A DNA stretch of 32,000 bases. It comes from Candidatus Brocadia sp. (GTDB lineage Bacteria; Planctomycetota; Brocadiia; Brocadiales; Brocadiaceae). Location of the stretch: NCBI GenBank assembly GCA_021650915.1, contig CP091279.1, positions 900,001 through 932,000 on the forward strand, written 5' to 3'. Position 1 is the first letter of the stretch. Each line of letters opens with the position of its first letter. The notes beneath the pieces were generated by a model, which saw nothing but the letters and a program-made list of their open reading frames with translations, did no database searches and had not been told where the DNA came from. The translations under genes were made by a program, and so were the position numbers. Below are positions 31,994-32,000 of the stretch, in pieces.

Positions 31994-32000
31994 GACATTC

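Overview
This is a bacterial chromosomal segment. It has Shine-Dalgarno sites and TTGACA/TATAAT-like promoters, and TAA, TAG and TGA all terminate conserved genes. I cannot assign the organism from sequence alone.

**Flanks.** These are ordinary housekeeping DNA.
- Left: a secreted multi-LamG protein (1-2469, minus strand, running off the window and absent from the ORF track), kdsA and tRNA-Thr(CGU).
- Right: an AlkP-superfamily phosphodiesterase, a decayed APS-kinase (cysC) pseudogene, a membrane-anchored hypothetical, dnaJ, a class-V cysteine desulfurase, leuB, a B12-binding radical-SAM enzyme and a PAS hybrid histidine kinase.

**Centre (4468-20667, about 16.2 kb).** This is an integrative element inserted in the 3' half of tRNA-Thr and bounded by a 38-bp perfect direct repeat. 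It carries:
- three tyrosine recombinases, of which the tRNA-proximal one has a single in-frame TAA;
- an excisionase-type HTH protein;
- Mor-like, GemA-like and possibly Gam-like proteins;
- its own sigma-70 factor, interrupted by one in-frame TAG;
- a primase-helicase next to a phased 12-copy iteron array;
- a MerR-like gene followed by a zinc-ribbon ORF reachable only by slippage on an A8 tract;
- an RHH gene beside a 35-bp perfect AT palindrome;
- an IS66-family insertion with an 8-bp target duplication and a second transposase;
- hicBA and several orphan ORFs.

I can recognise no capsid, terminase, tail, relaxase or type IV secretion genes. The element therefore looks like a replication-proficient, capsid-less satellite or integrative mobilizable element (IME). 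It is the best candidate here for something undescribed.

**Intergenic DNA.** It is packed with several families of palindromic REP-like repeats. One roughly 30-bp G/C-hairpin family is inserted in-frame inside two coding sequences.

All calls rest on hand translation and on motif recognition from memory. No database search was possible.
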